From the NCBI GenBank assembly GCA_963727445.1, contig CAVSGI010000021.1:693975-757974 (forward strand): a stretch of DNA of 64,000 bases, written 5' to 3'. The position numbers and the translations under genes are program-made. Positions 45,578-55,282 of this stretch are shown here, piece after piece; position 1 is the first letter of the stretch; each line of letters opens with the position of its first letter. This DNA comes from an uncultured delta proteobacterium. Lineage in GTDB: Bacteria; Myxococcota_A; Polyangia; Polyangiales; B10-G4. Below the pieces are notes generated by a model. That model made no database searches, was not told where the DNA came from, and saw only the letters and a list, made by a program, of their open reading frames with translations.

Positions 45578-46783
45578 ATGACTGCTCCCGACCTCGCCAA
45601 GCGCCTCTCCCGCGTCAAGCCCTCCGCCACCGTCGCCATCGCCACCAAAGCCAAGGAGCTCAAGGCCTCCGGCGTCGACGTGCTCTCCTTCAGCGTGGGC
45701 GAGCCGGATTTCGAACCACCCGCCCACATCCTCGAGGCGGCCAAGGCCTCCATCGATCGCGGCGCCTCCAAGTACACGGCGACCCGCGGGATCGTCGAGC
45801 TACGCGAGGCCATCGCCGCCGACAGCGCGGCCCGGCGCGGGGGTCAGAAACACACCCCGGCGGAGATCGTCGTCTCCGTCGGCGCCAAGCACACGCTCTT
45901 CAACCTCGCCCTCGCCCTCTACGAGGAAGGTGACGAGGTGGTCATCCCCGCCCCCTACTGGGTCAGCTATCCCGAGCAGGTGCGCCTCGCCGGCGCCGAG
46001 CCGGTGATCGTCGACGCCCGTCCCGAGGACGGCTACAAGCTCTCCCCCGAGGCCCTCGAGGGCGCCATCACGCCGAAGACCAAGGGGGTGATCCTCTGCT
46101 CGCCGTCGAACCCGACGGGCGCGGCCTACGCGCCCGACGCGCTCTCCGCCATCGCCGACGTCTTGAAGAAGCACGACGTGTGGGTCGTCGTCGACGAGAT
46201 CTACGCGCGCCTCGTCTACGGCGACTTCCAGCAGAAGTCCCTGCTCGAGCTCGCGCCCGAGCTGCGCGAGCGCCTCGTCATCGTGGATGGCGTCAGCAAG
46301 ACCTTCGCCATGACCGGCTGGCGCATCGGCTGGATGCTCGCGCCCGAGCACCTGGCCAAGGCGTGCGACAAGATCCAGAGCCAGTCGACCACCAATCCCT
46401 CCGCGGTCTCGCAGTACGCCGCCATCGCCGCCCTGACGGGCCCGCAGGAGCCGATCGAAGAGATGCGCAAGGCATTCGAGACGCGCAGGGCTCGCATCGT
46501 CGGGGGCCTCAACGCCATCGACGGCATCCGCTGCGGCACGCCCGACGGCGCGTTCTATGCGTTCGTCGACGTGCGCGAGATCGTCGGCAAGCGTGCGGCG
46601 GGGGTCGTGCTCGAAGACGATGTCGCCATCGCCAACTATCTCCTCGACGAGGCGCGCTGCGCCGTCGTGCCCGGCACCGCCTTCGGCGCGCCCGGTCACC
46701 TGCGCATCAGCTACGCGGCGTCCGAGGAGCAGATCGACGAGGGGCTTCGCCGGATCGGCGCCGCCGTCGGCAAGCTCGCCTGA
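45578..46783 (+). CDS. aspC: Aspartate aminotransferase (class I)
   Basis: GEPDF, GAKH, PYWVSY, SPSNPTG, DEIY, SKTFAMTGWRIG. Confidence 0.93.
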   Translation: MTAPDLAKRLSRVKPSATVAIATKAKELKASGVDVLSFSVGEPDFEPPAHILEAAKASIDRGASKYTATRGIVELREAIAADSAARRGGQKHTPAEIVVSVGAKHTLFNLALALYEEGDEVVIPAPYWVSYPEQVRLAGAEPVIVDARPEDGYKLSPEALEGAITPKTKGVILCSPSNPTGAAYAPDALSAIADVLKKHDVWVVVDEIYARLVYGDFQQKSLLELAPELRERLVIVDGVSKTFAMTGWRIGWMLAPEHLAKACDKIQSQSTTNPSAVSQYAAIAALTGPQEPIEEMRKAFETRRARIVGGLNAIDGIRCGTPDGAFYAFVDVREIVGKRAAGVVLEDDVAIANYLLDEARCAVVPGTAFGAPGHLRISYAASEEQIDEGLRRIGAAVGKLA

Positions 46784-48161
46784 GCGGCAGCCAGGCCAGC
46801 ACCGCGAAGAGCAGCCAGGGCAGGGGCGCGCGCCCCTGTCCGCTGGACGACCGACAGCCGCAGCCGCCGTCTTCCATCGGAGGCGCGCCCGCGTCCGCCG
46901 CCGGCATACCGGAGTCCACCGGCGGGATCTCGGCGTCCGACATCGACATCGCCCCGAATCCCGTGCCTGTCAGGCGCAGGACGACGGTGCTCTCGTCCGG
47001 GTCGTTGGTGTCGAGGATCACGACGCCGCTCGCTGGCCCGTTCATCTCCGGGCTGAAGGTGACGGTGAAGCTCTCCATGCCGCCCGGAGGCACGCTCAGG
47101 CTCGTCGCGTCGGCGCCGAAGGGCCCGGAAGGCATCCGGAGGCTCACTTCCAGATCGGCCTCGCCCACGTTGTCTATGGTCAGCGTGCGCTCGCCGAATT
47201 CGCCCACGGCGACCTCTCCCAGATCGTAGGCGTTGGCCGACATGCGGATGTCGGGGAGGGGGACGTGGGTGAAGTGGTCGTCGAAGATCACGTCGACGGT
47301 GCGATCCGCGACCATGATCGGGATCTCGACCAGCGGAAAGTCGCGCCGGGTTCCGGCGAAGGAGAGGTAGAGGACCGGGGCGACGTTCACGACCGCGTCG
47401 AAGCCGAGGACGCCTTCCGGATGGACGGCGAGGTCTTTGGCCGCGCCGAACATGATCGCACCCGGATCGGGGCTCGCGACGGTGAAGGCGTTTTCCATGG
47501 TGATGGGGCTCGCGTCGCTCACCACGATCTGCACGGTCTCGTAGGACACCGCGAGATCGCCCTGCACCGTGATCGCGATGCCACCGCCCACGCCGGGCAC
47601 CGAGATGAGCCCGCCGAGCGCGTCGTAGCGCACGACCTGCACGGGGTCGGTGGAGTCCATGACCGACAGGGGTCTGTCGGAAGGCGGCAGGAGATAGGGA
47701 TCGAAGAAGTCCTCGGCGGCGGCGCGGAGGTCTTCGGGGATGCCGGGCACTGGGATGTCGCCTTCCCAGCGGTAGCGGATCCCCGCCACGTCGATGTCGA
47801 AGCGCAGCTGGACCGCGAGCTCGAGCCCGTAGTTGATGGCGAGCCTGCCGGTGCCGGGACGACCCGGAGCGCTCACGGTGAGGGCCGCGGGCCACTCGGT
47901 GACGATGTCTCCATCCATGTCCACCTCGGTCGAGCCACCGAAGGACAGGACGAAGCGCAGCTGGATCGGAGCACCCGGAGGCTGCCAGCCGGTGTCCACC
48001 ATCACGTCGTCGAAAGCGGCGTTGCGATAGCGCCATTCGGCGGGGGTCCCGTCGATGAAACAGCCGACGGACGCCGGATCACAGGCCGGCTGCGCTTCCA
48101 CGCGGCGCGCCACCACAAACGTCAGGCAGATCACCATCGCGCTCAGAGAGGTCCACCGCAT
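46707..48161 (-). CDS. Secreted MYXO-CTERM protein with ASH/choice-of-anchor-D Ig-like domain
   Basis: Signal peptide; LTIDNVG.ADL..F...VPPG...VTFSP...TNDPD...LTGTG; GGCGC + TM + Arg tail. Confidence 0.85.
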   Translation of the reverse strand: MRWTSLSAMVICLTFVVARRVEAQPACDPASVGCFIDGTPAEWRYRNAAFDDVMVDTGWQPPGAPIQLRFVLSFGGSTEVDMDGDIVTEWPAALTVSAPGRPGTGRLAINYGLELAVQLRFDIDVAGIRYRWEGDIPVPGIPEDLRAAAEDFFDPYLLPPSDRPLSVMDSTDPVQVVRYDALGGLISVPGVGGGIAITVQGDLAVSYETVQIVVSDASPITMENAFTVASPDPGAIMFGAAKDLAVHPEGVLGFDAVVNVAPVLYLSFAGTRRDFPLVEIPIMVADRTVDVIFDDHFTHVPLPDIRMSANAYDLGEVAVGEFGERTLTIDNVGEADLEVSLRMPSGPFGADATSLSVPPGGMESFTVTFSPEMNGPASGVVILDTNDPDESTVVLRLTGTGFGAMSMSDAEIPPVDSGMPAADAGAPPMEDGGCGCRSSSGQGRAPLPWLLFAVLAWLPLRRACRRRRRSGEAPRRSAPRTPRS

Positions 48162-48206
48162 CCTCTGAGCTTAGCAAGGGGCGGCGCGCCCGATAAGATG
48201 CGCGCC

Positions 48207-49079
48207 ATGCTTCGGGGCGACACCTGTGGCCGGGCCTTGCTGGCGGGGATGATCTTCGCCTGCGCCTGCGGTGACGACGCCACGGTGCCGCCGCTCCCGA
48301 TCATGGCTCCACCCTCCGAGGCTCCTGCCGAAGCGCTGCCGCCCGGGCCCGCGGCGGAGGGCTACCGCGTGGTCGACGTGAACGAGACGGGGACGATCTT
48401 CGGACGCGTTCGCTACCGGGGCGTGCGCCCGGGGCTCGCCCCCTTCGACGTCCCGCGACAGAACGATGTCTGCGGCTTCGGCCAGCCGAGCCCGGTCTTC
48501 TCCGCCACACCCGCTGGCGGGTTTGCCGACGTGGTGGTCTGGGTGGACGTCGAGGAGGGCGAAGCGCCGCCGGCACCCGAAGCACCGATGCTGATCGACC
48601 AGGTGGACTGCCGCTACGTCCCGCACGTGAGCACGGCGCACCGCGGCGAGCGCATCCTCTTCCGAAACGCCGATCCCGTGCTGCACAACGTCCACGCCGA
48701 GTGGCTCGACGACGGAACGTGGTTCAACGTCGGCGAGCCGCGCGAGGGTGACGCCGTGATCCAGGCGCCGCAGCGCACCGGCATCGTGCGCTTGACCGAC
48801 GGCGCCGGGCATCCGTGGATGCTCGCCTTCATCCACGTCTTCGATCACCCATATCACGCGGTGACCGACGCGGAAGGTGCCTTCCGAATCGAGGGCGTGC
48901 CGGTGGGGACCCACCGCGTGCGCCTCTGGCACGCTGGCCTGGACAGGCTCGGGTGGTCGTCGGGTCGACCGATGTACGGGCCTCCCCTCGAGGCCGAGGC
49001 CGAGGTCGAGATCGCCCCAGGGGCCGAAGTGGAGCTGAGCCTGGCTCTGTCCATGCCGGAGCCGGCTGCGGAGGGCTGA
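48207..49079 (+). CDS. Lipoprotein with cupredoxin-like and carboxypeptidase-regulatory-like domains
   Basis: DQVDCRYVPHV, N.DPVLHNVH, HPWM, HPY.AVTD..G.F.I..VP.G. Confidence 0.82.
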   Translation: MLRGDTCGRALLAGMIFACACGDDATVPPLPIMAPPSEAPAEALPPGPAAEGYRVVDVNETGTIFGRVRYRGVRPGLAPFDVPRQNDVCGFGQPSPVFSATPAGGFADVVVWVDVEEGEAPPAPEAPMLIDQVDCRYVPHVSTAHRGERILFRNADPVLHNVHAEWLDDGTWFNVGEPREGDAVIQAPQRTGIVRLTDGAGHPWMLAFIHVFDHPYHAVTDAEGAFRIEGVPVGTHRVRLWHAGLDRLGWSSGRPMYGPPLEAEAEVEIAPGAEVELSLALSMPEPAAEG

Positions 49080-49113
49080 TCGCCCGGGCCGCGCAGGCCA
49101 TGGGCCCCAAAAA

Positions 49114-50220
49114 TCACTCGCCTTCCGCGGTCCTTGGCGGGTCCGAGAGGCTTCGATCGAGCTCGGCCAGGGAGGCGCGCTCCTTCTCGTCCTGCTTCGC
49201 CTCCTCCTCCTTCTGGCGGGCGGCGAGCAGGCGCTCTCCGAAGACGATGCTCGCGCGCGCCAGCATGCACGCGCCGAGGACCATCACCAGGAGCCGGAGC
49301 GGCGCCCGCGGCGCGAAACCAGCGGAAGCGAGGAGCAGCAGCGCGCTCCCCGCCTGGACGTGCGCGCCCTCCCGGGTCACGAGGGCCGTGACCGCGACAC
49401 CGATCGCGACCGCCAGGTGAAGGATGTAGACGCTCGGTGCCCCTTCGACGAAGAGATCACCACCGACCATGCCGTAGACGATGATGCCGAAGTCGCCGTG
49501 TACGAGGCTCTTGGCGATGACGCCGCCGGCAATCACGAGCCCCGCGCTGACCCCGCCGGCGACGATCGCCACGATGGCGCGGGTGCCCGTCCGGGGGCGC
49601 GGCACGATGGCGGTGGCGGCGCTGAAGGGAACGAGGAGCCAGGCCAGCTCACCGGCGCGCTCGAAGGTCACCTTCACGGTGTGACCGATGGCGGTGTGGA
49701 CGAAGACCTCGACGTTCGCGAGCGCCATCGCCGCGAAGGAGAGGAAGCAGCCGCCCCCGAGGAGCATCGTGGCGATTCGAAGCCCACCCGGACCGGGCCT
49801 GCGCGCGGCGGTGGTGCTGGTGAGGATGGTGAGGACGTAGCCGGCGCCGACGGCGAAGACGATCAGGTAGGCCCAGCGGCGCGCCAGGAACTCGGGCGGC
49901 AGGATGGTGGCGACGGCGACGATCGGAAGGAAGATGCCTCCGAAGCCTGCGAGCCCGAGTCCGCGGGCGATCCGTCCCTGCCTCGGTGCGCTGAGGAAGT
50001 GGGCGAGGGAGGCGGCGAGGGCCACGAAGCCGGCGACGGCGGCGAGGTTCTTGGGGAGCTGTCCCCAGCGGACGACCTCCAACAGGCCCCCGTGGTCGAC
50101 GCTGCCCGTGAGCGTCGGGACCACCCCGTGATTGAGGAGCAGGTCGACGATGGCGGCCGCAGCGGCGAGGACGCCCAACAGGGGTGGGCCCGCCAGGACC
50201 GCAGAGGGGATGGGCGACGG
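49114..50220 (-). CDS. Polytopic membrane protein, 5' end cut at the junction
   Basis: About 10 hydrophobic segments; frame continues upstream as PSPIPSAVLAGPPLLG to ~50220, then runs into unrelated SDR sequence. Confidence 0.7.
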   Translation of the reverse strand, partial: PSPIPSAVLAGPPLLGVLAAAAAIVDLLLNHGVVPTLTGSVDHGGLLEVVRWGQLPKNLAAVAGFVALAASLAHFLSAPRQGRIARGLGLAGFGGIFLPIVAVATILPPEFLARRWAYLIVFAVGAGYVLTILTSTTAARRPGPGGLRIATMLLGGGCFLSFAAMALANVEVFVHTAIGHTVKVTFERAGELAWLLVPFSAATAIVPRPRTGTRAIVAIVAGGVSAGLVIAGGVIAKSLVHGDFGIIVYGMVGGDLFVEGAPSVYILHLAVAIGVAVTALVTREGAHVQAGSALLLLASAGFAPRAPLRLLVMVLGACMLARASIVFGERLLAARQKEEEAKQDEKERASLAELDRSLSDPPRTAEGE

Positions 50221-50499
50221 TGACCTCGAAGATCGGCTTCAGAAGAATGACGCCAGCGGCGTTGACGAGGTAGTCGCACTCGCCCGCGGCCTCGACGACG
50301 CGATCGCGGGCGGCGGGATCGGCAAGGTCCGCGACGATGGTATCGCATCCCTCCGGGACGCCGCCTTCAGACGATCCGCATCGATGTCGACAGCCAGAAC
50401 GGACACGCCCTCTCGCGCCAGGCGCGTCGGCGACGGCGCGGCCAATGCCGCTCGCCGCTCCCGTGACGACTCCGCGCTTCCGCTGAGCCGTGGCGACAT
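50218..50499 (-). pseudogene. SDR oxidoreductase, N-terminal ~95 aa only (truncated at the junction, frameshifted)
   Basis: VVTGAASGIG..VA, DLAD, LVNAAG..KPIFEVT, then an abrupt end; no YxxxK motif. Confidence 0.8.
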
Positions 50500-50851
50500 T
50501 TATCGCCAAAACCCCACCTCCCATTTGCCCCGGCCGTGCTTCGGCCGGTGGCCACTATTCCCTTGTCGGCACTATATTGAAACGTTGCCGCCCGCCGCAA
50601 GCCCCGGCGAAAACCGAGACTGACCTTCCCTTCCGCGCTGCCAGAAAATGGACCTACCGCGAAGATTCAACATAACTATCTGATATAATTGCTATTTTTG
50701 CCTACTCAGCGGCAAAATGACGGATGGCGCCGAGTGCCTGCCTTGCGGGTGAAACTGGCCGTCGATATAGTTGGAAACGATGCCAATCGTGCTCGAACCA
50801 AGGCATCGGGAGGCCTACCAGGGCCACGGGGAGAGTCCCTCAAGGGGTTCC

Positions 50852-51910
50852 ATGGCGTCGTTCAAGTGTAGCCGTCATCGCGGGTGACGGCATCGGCAAG
50901 GAAGTCGTCCCCGAGGGCCAGCGCATCGTCGACGCCGCGGGCAACGCGAAGGGCACGCGATCGCCTTCGAGCCGTTCGACTGGGGTTGCGAACTCTACGA
51001 GCGCACCGGGCGGATGATGCCCGAGGACGGGCTGGCGCAGATCGCCGGCCACGACGCGATCTTCCTCGGCGCGATCGGCTGGCCGACCGTGCCGGACCCG
51101 GTGTCGCTGTGGGAACTGCTGATGCCGATCCGCCGCGACTTCCACCAATACGTCAATGTCCGCCCGGTGCGGCTGTTCAAGGGCGTTCCGTCGCCCCTCG
51201 CCGGCAAGGAGCCCGGTCGATCGACATCCTGATCATCCGCGAGAACAACGAGGGCGAATATTCCGAGATCGGCGGGCGGCTCTATACGGGCACCGACCAC
51301 GAAATCGCGCTTCAGCAAGCGGTCTTCACGCGCTTCGGCACCGACCGGATCATGCAATATGCCTTCGCCCTCGCCGCCGAAGCGGCCGCGCCGCAAGCTG
51401 ACGTCGGCGACGAAGTCGAACGGCATCATCCACACCATGCCGTTCTGGGACGAGCGGTTCCGCGCCATGGCGAAAAACTATCCGCAAGTCGCGACCGAGC
51501 AGTACCACATCGACATCCTGGCCGCGCATTTCGTGCTGCGGCCGGAGAGCTTCGACGTGGTGGTGGGGAGCAACCTCTTCGGCGACATCCTCTCCGACCT
51601 CGGGCCCGCGGTGACCGGCACGATCGGCATCGCGCCGTCCGCCAACATCAATCCCGAGCGGCGCTTCCCCTCGATGTTCGAGCCGGTGCACGGCTCGGCG
51701 CCGGACATCGCCGGCAAGAACATCGCCAATCCGATGGGCCAGATCTGGTCGGGCGCGATGATGCTGGAGCATCTCGGCGCCACAAGGCAGCCGCCACGGA
51801 TCGTCAAGGCGATCGAGCGGGTGCTGGCGGGCGGCGCGGTGATGACCCGCGACATGGGCGGCACGGCCTCGACGCAGGCGTTGGGGCAGGCCGTCCTTGA
51901 CGCGCTGTGA
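50852..51910 (+). CDS. ttuC: Tartrate dehydrogenase / D-malate dehydrogenase (decarboxylating), multiple apparent indels
   Basis: GDGIGKEV, IFLGAIG.P.VPD, RENNEGEYS, TKSNGI..MPFWD, NLFGDILSDL, SMFEPVHGSAPDIAG. Confidence 0.88.
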
Positions 51911-51975
51911 GGAGCCGAAGACGCGGCACGGCTGCCGCGGGAGCCGATGCGCAAACGAGATTGAGGGAGGAGCAC

Positions 51976-52845
51976 GTGGCCGAATTCCGTTTGTCGACAC
52001 CCATTTCCATCTCCACGACCTGCAGAATCCGAACGCTCCAATACTCCTGGCTGGAATGGGACGCGGTTCATCCGTTGCTCGGCAACATCGACGCCATCAA
52101 GCCGATGCACTACTGGATCGAGGACTACATCGCCGAGATCCGCTTCGCGAACGTGCCGAAGGCGGTCCATGTCCAGGCGGCGCTCGGCACGCCCGACCCG
52201 GTCGAGGAGACCAAGTGGCTCCAGGCGATCGCCGACACGACCGGCTATCCGCAGGGCATCGTCGCCGAGTGCACCTGCAGGACGACGACGTCGACGAAGT
52301 GATCGAGCGGCACATGGAGTACGCCAACGTGCGCGGCGTCCGCGACTTCGGCCGCGGCGACTATCTCGTCGACCCGGCGTGGCAGGGCGGCTTCAAGATG
52401 CTCGGCGCAAGCACAACCTCGTCTCCTGCCTCGACACGCGGCTCGAGCACTTCGCGAAGATCGTCAAGCTCGCGGCGATGGCGCCGGACAGGTGATCTGC
52501 GTCGACCACTGCGCCTTCCCGCGGGAGCGCTCGACGACTACTTCCAGATGTGGCGCGCCGGCATGAAGGAGCTCGCCAAGGTCGACGACGTCTGGATGAA
52601 GATCTCCGGCCTCGGCATGAGCGATCCGCACTGGACGGTCGACAGCTTCCGACCCTGGGTGCTCGGCTCGATCGAGACCTTCGGCGTCGAGGCAAGGTCG
52701 TGTTCGGCACCAACTGGCCGGTCGACCGCATGTTCTGCTCCTACCCGGACGTCATCAACGCCTACGCCGAGATCATCAAGGGCTTCAGCAGGACGAGCAG
52801 ACCGCGATGTTCTCCGGCAACGCCGAGAGGCTGTTCCGGATATGA
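51976..52845 (+). CDS. Amidohydrolase_2 family (lactonase-like), frameshifted
   Basis: DTHFHL, AVHVQA, VDHC, KISGLGM, FGTNWPVD, NAERLF; GGAGG RBS. Confidence 0.82.
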
Positions 52846-53340
52846 CCGCGCACGAGGGCGGAGATGAACTGCCGCCGGCGAGCGTCACCGGCACGCACCA
52901 TGTCGGCATGAAGCGTCGCCGACCTCGACGCGGCGCTGGAGTTCTGGGAAGGGTTTCTCGGCCATCCGGCGCGCTGGCGCACGGTGCTCGACAAGCCCTA
53001 TCTCGGCCGCCACGTCGGCTATCCGGGAGTGGTGCATGGATGCAGCCTTCGTCGACCTGCCCGGCGGTGGCGTCGTCGAGCTGCTCGAGTACAGGCCGAA
53101 GACAAGAAGCCCCTCCCCGACGCCACCGCCAATCCCGGCAACGTCCACATCTGCCTGTCGGTCTAGGACTGCGGCGCGGCCTGGAAGCGCGCGGTCGCCT
53201 ACGGCGCGAGGCCGATCGTCGCGGACGGGCCGGTCGAGGTGACCGACGGGCCGAACAAGGGCGCGCGGGCCGCCTATCTCCGCATCCACGACGGCATCAC
53301 GCTGGAGTTTCTCCAGCCGCCGCCGAACGCGGGAGCATGA
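52842..53340 (+). CDS. VOC/glyoxalase family protein, frameshifted, with in-frame TAG at ~53164
   Basis: HHVG..VADLD.AL.FW, VELLEY, HICL.V, Y.R..DGITLE. Confidence 0.8.
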
Positions 53341-53341
53341 G

Positions 53342-53670
53342 ATGATCAAGCGGGTCAGCCTGGTCCGCCGCAAGCCCGACTGGACGCACGAGGCCTTCAT
53401 CGCGCACTGGATGGGGCCGCATGCGGACATCGTCGAAGCAGCTCCCGGGGCTCCGCGGCCTGCGCTTCGGCCCGGTGACGCAGTGGACGCCGGAGACGCG
53501 GCTACTGGGACGGGATCGGCGAGATCTGGTTCGACAGCATCGAGGCGGCCGAACGCCGCGTTTGCCGCCGAACCGCACGCCAGCCGCCTGATGGCGGACC
53601 GCGAGCTCTTCCTCGGCGAGGCGCAGGCTGCTTCGTCGAGGAGCACACGGCCGTGACGCCGCCGGTCTGA
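53342..53670 (+). CDS. EthD family protein, frameshifted
   Basis: MIKRVSLVRRKP..THEAF..HW..H; WDGIGEIWFD. Confidence 0.8.
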
Positions 53671-53700
53671 TGCGGCGTTGCCAGGGAGGATTTGAGAACG

Positions 53701-54474
53701 ATGGCGTTACAATCTGGCAGTCGGGCCTCGAAGGCAAGGGCGTGCTGGTCACGGGCGCGGCGGGCGGCATCGGCCGCGCGGTCGCGGTCGCCTTCGCGGC
53801 GGCGGGCGCCGGGTGTGCCTGGTCGACCTGAACCAGGAGGCGGTCGACGCGGCGATGGCGGAGTGCGAAGGCGGCCCGCATCTCGCGATCGGCATCGACC
53901 TTCGGCAAGTCGCCGAGCTGCCCGGACTGCTCGACAAGCGCCGAGAGCGACTTCGGCCGGCTCGACGTGCTGGCCTGCGTCGCGCGGCGCGCTCGTCCGG
54001 CGCTACACGGTCGACGAGGTGACCGAGGAGGACTGGGACTTCCAGCACGACGTCAACCTCAAGGCGGTGTTCTTCCTCAATCAGGCCGCCGGCAAGCTCT
54101 TCAAGGCGCAGGGCCGCGGCGGGCGCATCATCAACTTCACCTCGCAGGGCTGGTGGAGCGGCGGCTTCGGCGGTTCGGTCGTCTATGCCGCCAGCAAGGG
54201 CGGCGTCGTCTCGATGACCCGCGGCCTCGCGCGCAGCTACGCCAAGGACAAGATCACCGTCAACGCGGTCGTCGCCCGGCGCGGCCGACACGGCGATGAT
54301 GCGCAGCGGCATGACCGAGGAGCAGCTCGCCGCGCAGGTCACGCCAGATCCCGCTCGGCTACATGGCCGCGCCCGACCGACCTCGCCGGGACCGTCCTGT
54401 TCCTCGCCTCCGACCACGCCAGCTACATCACCGGCGCGACGATCAACGTCAGCGGCGGCTGGCTGATGTACTGA
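53701..54474 (+). CDS. SDR oxidoreductase, frameshifted
   Basis: VTGAAGGIG, VNLK, Y.ASK, ITVNAV, ITGATINVSGG. Confidence 0.85.
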   Translation: MALQSGSRASKARACWSRARRAASAARSRSPSRRRAPGVPGRPEPGGGRRGDGGVRRRPASRDRHRPSASRRAARTARQAPRATSAGSTCWPASRGALVRRYTVDEVTEEDWDFQHDVNLKAVFFLNQAAGKLFKAQGRGGRIINFTSQGWWSGGFGGSVVYAASKGGVVSMTRGLARSYAKDKITVNAVVARRGRHGDDAQRHDRGAARRAGHARSRSATWPRPTDLAGTVLFLASDHASYITGATINVSGGWLMY

Positions 54475-54499
54475 GCCTCGCGCGAGAGGGACAATGTCA

Positions 54500-55279
54500 A
54501 TGGCAGGCGAATTCTCCGGCAAGGTCGCGGCCGTCACCGGCGCCGCGCGCGGCATCGGCGACGCGATCGCGGAGCGCTTCCTCGAAGAGGGCGCGAGGGT
54601 CTTCTCCCTCGATCTCGGCGAGCCGGAGAACCGCGCGACGGCGTCACCTATCTCAACGCCGACGTGTCGGATCCGGAGAGCGTCGCGGCGGCGTTCGCGG
54701 CGATCGACGAGGCGGCGGGCCGGATCGACGTGCTCGTCAACAATGCCGGCGTCCAGCGGGTCGATCTCGCCGAGAACATGCCGATCGAGGACTGGCTGCT
54801 GGTGCATCAACACGCACCTCACCGGCATGTACCTGTGCTGCGCCGAGGCCATCCGGCGCATGCGGGCGCGCGGCAAGGGCGGCGCCATCGTCTGCATCGC
54901 CTCGGCGGCGGGCATCGTCGGCATTCCGGGGCGCGGTCCCTACGGCGCGGCCAAGGCCGGCATCGAGAGCCTGACGCGGGTCTACGCCAACGAAGCGGCC
55001 GCGGCCAACATCCGCGTCAACGCGGTGGCGCCCGGCTCGACCCGCACCAAGCTGATCGAGCAAGGCATCCGCGACGGCTCGATCCGGTCCGAATGGCAGA
55101 TCGAGCGCGTCCCGATGCGCCGACTGGCCGAGCCGCGCGAGATCGCCGACCCCGTCGTGTATCTCGCCAGCGACAAGGCCAGCTACATCACCGGCCAGAC
55201 GCTCGTGGTCGATGGCGGCTGGACCGTGCAGGGCATGGTGCACTTCGCGGACTGGCTGAAGCCCGAGCGCGCCGACTGA
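54500..55279 (+). CDS. SDR oxidoreductase, frameshifted
   Basis: VTGAARGIG, LVNNAG, YGAAK, IRVNAVAPG, ITGQTLVVDGG. Confidence 0.88.
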   Translation: MAGEFSGKVAAVTGAARGIGDAIAERFLEEGARVFSLDLGEPENRATASPISTPTCRIRRASRRRSRRSTRRRAGSTCSSTMPASSGSISPRTCRSRTGCWCINTHLTGMYLCCAEAIRRMRARGKGGAIVCIASAAGIVGIPGRGPYGAAKAGIESLTRVYANEAAAANIRVNAVAPGSTRTKLIEQGIRDGSIRSEWQIERVPMRRLAEPREIADPVVYLASDKASYITGQTLVVDGGWTVQGMVHFADWLKPERAD

Positions 55280-55282
55280 CGC

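Noticed and set aside
46557..49079. 840-aa ORF as a single protein
   Set aside because: Only the last ~290 codons are protein-like; the rest is antisense to the MYXO-CTERM gene
53164..53166. In-frame TAG in the VOC gene as pyrrolysine or readthrough
   Set aside because: It lies in the error-rich segment, is one substitution from GAG, and no pyl genes are seen
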